A DNA stretch of 64,000 bases from Opitutaceae bacterium. GTDB lineage: Bacteria; Verrucomicrobiota; Verrucomicrobiia; Opitutales; Coraliomargaritaceae. The notes below the pieces were generated by a model, which did not search any database, was not told the DNA's origin, and saw only the letters and a list, made by a program, of their open reading frames with translations. The translations under genes were made by a program, and so were the position numbers. Position 1 is the stretch's first letter. Every line of letters starts with the position of its first letter. The stretch is from contig JBPOFY010000007.1 of the NCBI GenBank assembly GCA_051252375.1, positions 103,843-167,842 of the forward strand, read 5' to 3'. Shown here in pieces: positions 62,600 to 64,000 of the stretch.

Positions 62600-63598
62600 T
62601 TATGCTTTGTAATATTCAAAAGTGCGCCCTTGGAATGGACTCGTTTTGGCGATGAGCGCATCGCGGTCCTTTGCAGTCATGCCCTTAAAGTTGCTTAAGT
62701 TAGCAATGTTCTCACGGACCTCCTTATCGAACAAGCAACCGGAGACCAATGAACAAACTGGAAGTGAGTAAATGTAATGGTGCATGTCGCGAGGCGTAAT
62801 GTTGGCGTCCGTTGGGTTTTCCTTGCGTGCCTCCTTGGCGACTTCTTTGCCAAACCTATCCACACCAATCAAATTGCCATGGGCAAAGGTTTTCATCGCG
62901 AAGATGCCGTAGTTTTCTTCAATCAATTTGGGCATGACATTGACGATAAAAGAGTCGTAGTGAGGGTCCACTAAGTTCATCGGCATCAAGCAGGTATCCA
63001 TGGGAGTGCCGTGTTCCTTGAGTAGTTCTAAGAAACGTAAATGCGCTAAATAATTACGATGCCCGGTAAAACCTATGTGCCGAACGAGTCCTTCTTCGCG
63101 TGCCTTATAGAATTCTTCAACCACTCCGTTTTCAAAAGCAGTTTCTGCATCTTTAACCGAACGAATATTATGAATCTGCCAAAGATCGATATGGTCCACC
63201 TTCATGCTCCGAAGAGAGGCTTCTAAGTCCTTGCGGACAGCGTCTCGGGTGCGACCATGAGTTTTGGTTCCTATGAAAACCTTGTCTCGATACTTTGGGC
63301 TTAGGTATCTTCCGTAGCGCTCCTCGGAGAGACCTTTCTCATAAGCACGTGCGGTATCGAAAGAACGACAGCCCAACTCCATCGCGGTCTCAATCAACTT
63401 TTGAGCCATGGCTTCTGACTCTGCACGACCCACATGCGCGCCACCTAAAGTAAAGGCAGTGATTTGTTCACCGGTGCGCCCCAAGGCGCGCGTGGGCAAA
63501 ACAGCACCCAGGCTGTCCGGGCGACTCTCAGCATTGAGAGCAGAACTCGCCGCGGCAAAAGCAGCCATTCTGCGCAAGAAGGTTCTTCGATCCATCAT
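62600..63598 (-). CDS. Aldo/keto reductase with Tat signal
   Basis: RRTFL twin-arginine motif; FDTARAY, IGTK, DLWQIH, HIGFTGH. Confidence 0.9.
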   Translation of the reverse strand: MMDRRTFLRRMAAFAAASSALNAESRPDSLGAVLPTRALGRTGEQITAFTLGGAHVGRAESEAMAQKLIETAMELGCRSFDTARAYEKGLSEERYGRYLSPKYRDKVFIGTKTHGRTRDAVRKDLEASLRSMKVDHIDLWQIHNIRSVKDAETAFENGVVEEFYKAREEGLVRHIGFTGHRNYLAHLRFLELLKEHGTPMDTCLMPMNLVDPHYDSFIVNVMPKLIEENYGIFAMKTFAHGNLIGVDRFGKEVAKEARKENPTDANITPRDMHHYIYSLPVCSLVSGCLFDKEVRENIANLSNFKGMTAKDRDALIAKTSPFQGRTFEYYKA

Positions 63599-63751
63599 GC
63601 CAACTACATTACCCAGAGATGGCAGGCTGTCTAGTTCTATGCATCATTCCCAGAGTATATCTAACTAAACAGGCACAAAAAACAGGGGATCGATAATTGG
63701 AGGGAACGCGTGCATGAAATCGTGGCATAGAGAATGAGTTATTGGAAGACC

Positions 63752-63845
63752 TGGAGGGAAACGCTCCGTCGTTTCCGCACGCATGACCTTCGCTAGGTAA
63801 TTTCAGCGCCTCTGACGAACGGCAATGACGGAGCATTGCCCTCCA
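63752..63845. repeat. Inverted pair of GGAGGG-type REP-like palindromes
   Basis: tggagggaaacgctccgtcgtttccg (63752-63777) versus the reverse complement of 63820-63845, tggagggcaatgctccgtcattgccg. Confidence 0.75.
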
Positions 63846-63897
63846 ATATTTCTAGGATCTAATTCGAGCCATCTCCTGCATATAACCAAGCAGGCAC

Positions 63898-63928
63898 AAA
63901 AAAGACCGTCCAATTAAGAACGGCCTTT
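63898..63928 (-). terminator. Intrinsic terminator downstream of the tRNA-like 3' end
   Basis: Minus strand reads ggccgttc ttaatt ggacggtc tttttt. Confidence 0.7.
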
Positions 63929-63937
63929 AAAGTTCAC

Positions 63938-63955
63938 TACTCGAGGAGGGACTTG
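63938..63955 (-). tRNA. 3' fragment of a tRNA (Leu-like), interrupted in the T-loop
   Basis: Minus strand CAAGT CCCTC CTCGAGT A fits partial T-loop, T-stem 3' strand, acceptor 3' strand and discriminator A. The expected upstream GAGGGTT is absent. Confidence 0.55.
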
Positions 63956-64000
63956 TTCCGAGCGAAGCGACATGACCGGATGCGAAGCAGACCGGATCAC

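Overview
Mostly core-genome DNA from a bacterium of roughly 50% GC. Gene content suggests Verrucomicrobiota, probably Opitutia or Coraliomargarita-like (my inference, not a database result). From left to right: a carbohydrate/sulfate-ester cluster (ThuA+LamG-like protein, sulfatase, DUF2961/GH172, SGNH esterase), a fatty-acid desaturase, tolB, a minus-strand trio (hypothetical, degenerate ECF-sigma-like protein, PhoD-like protein), acylphosphatase plus an ABC module, and nuoB-N with no adjacent nuoA. Then metY, argS, a thymidine-phosphorylase homologue, two GspF/PilC paralogues, rpmG (missed by the ORF track), mrp, ispA, an ECF sigma factor, a YdbH-like protein, ligA, a pilin-like gene, argH and others. 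No rRNA, CRISPR array, transposase or integrase was seen. The main signals are: (1) intact ORFs whose catalytic motifs appear systematically lost (PhoD-like, thymidine phosphorylase-like); (2) repeated loss of Cys metal ligands (LigA Zn finger, Mrp CxxC, FmdB ribbon, L33, an anti-sigma-like domain); (3) a tRNA-Leu-like 3' end broken in the T-loop at the right edge; (4) 7-bp-periodic tracts in and upstream of nuo; (5) REP/MITE-like elements and unannotated small membrane proteins. All family assignments come from motif recognition by eye.
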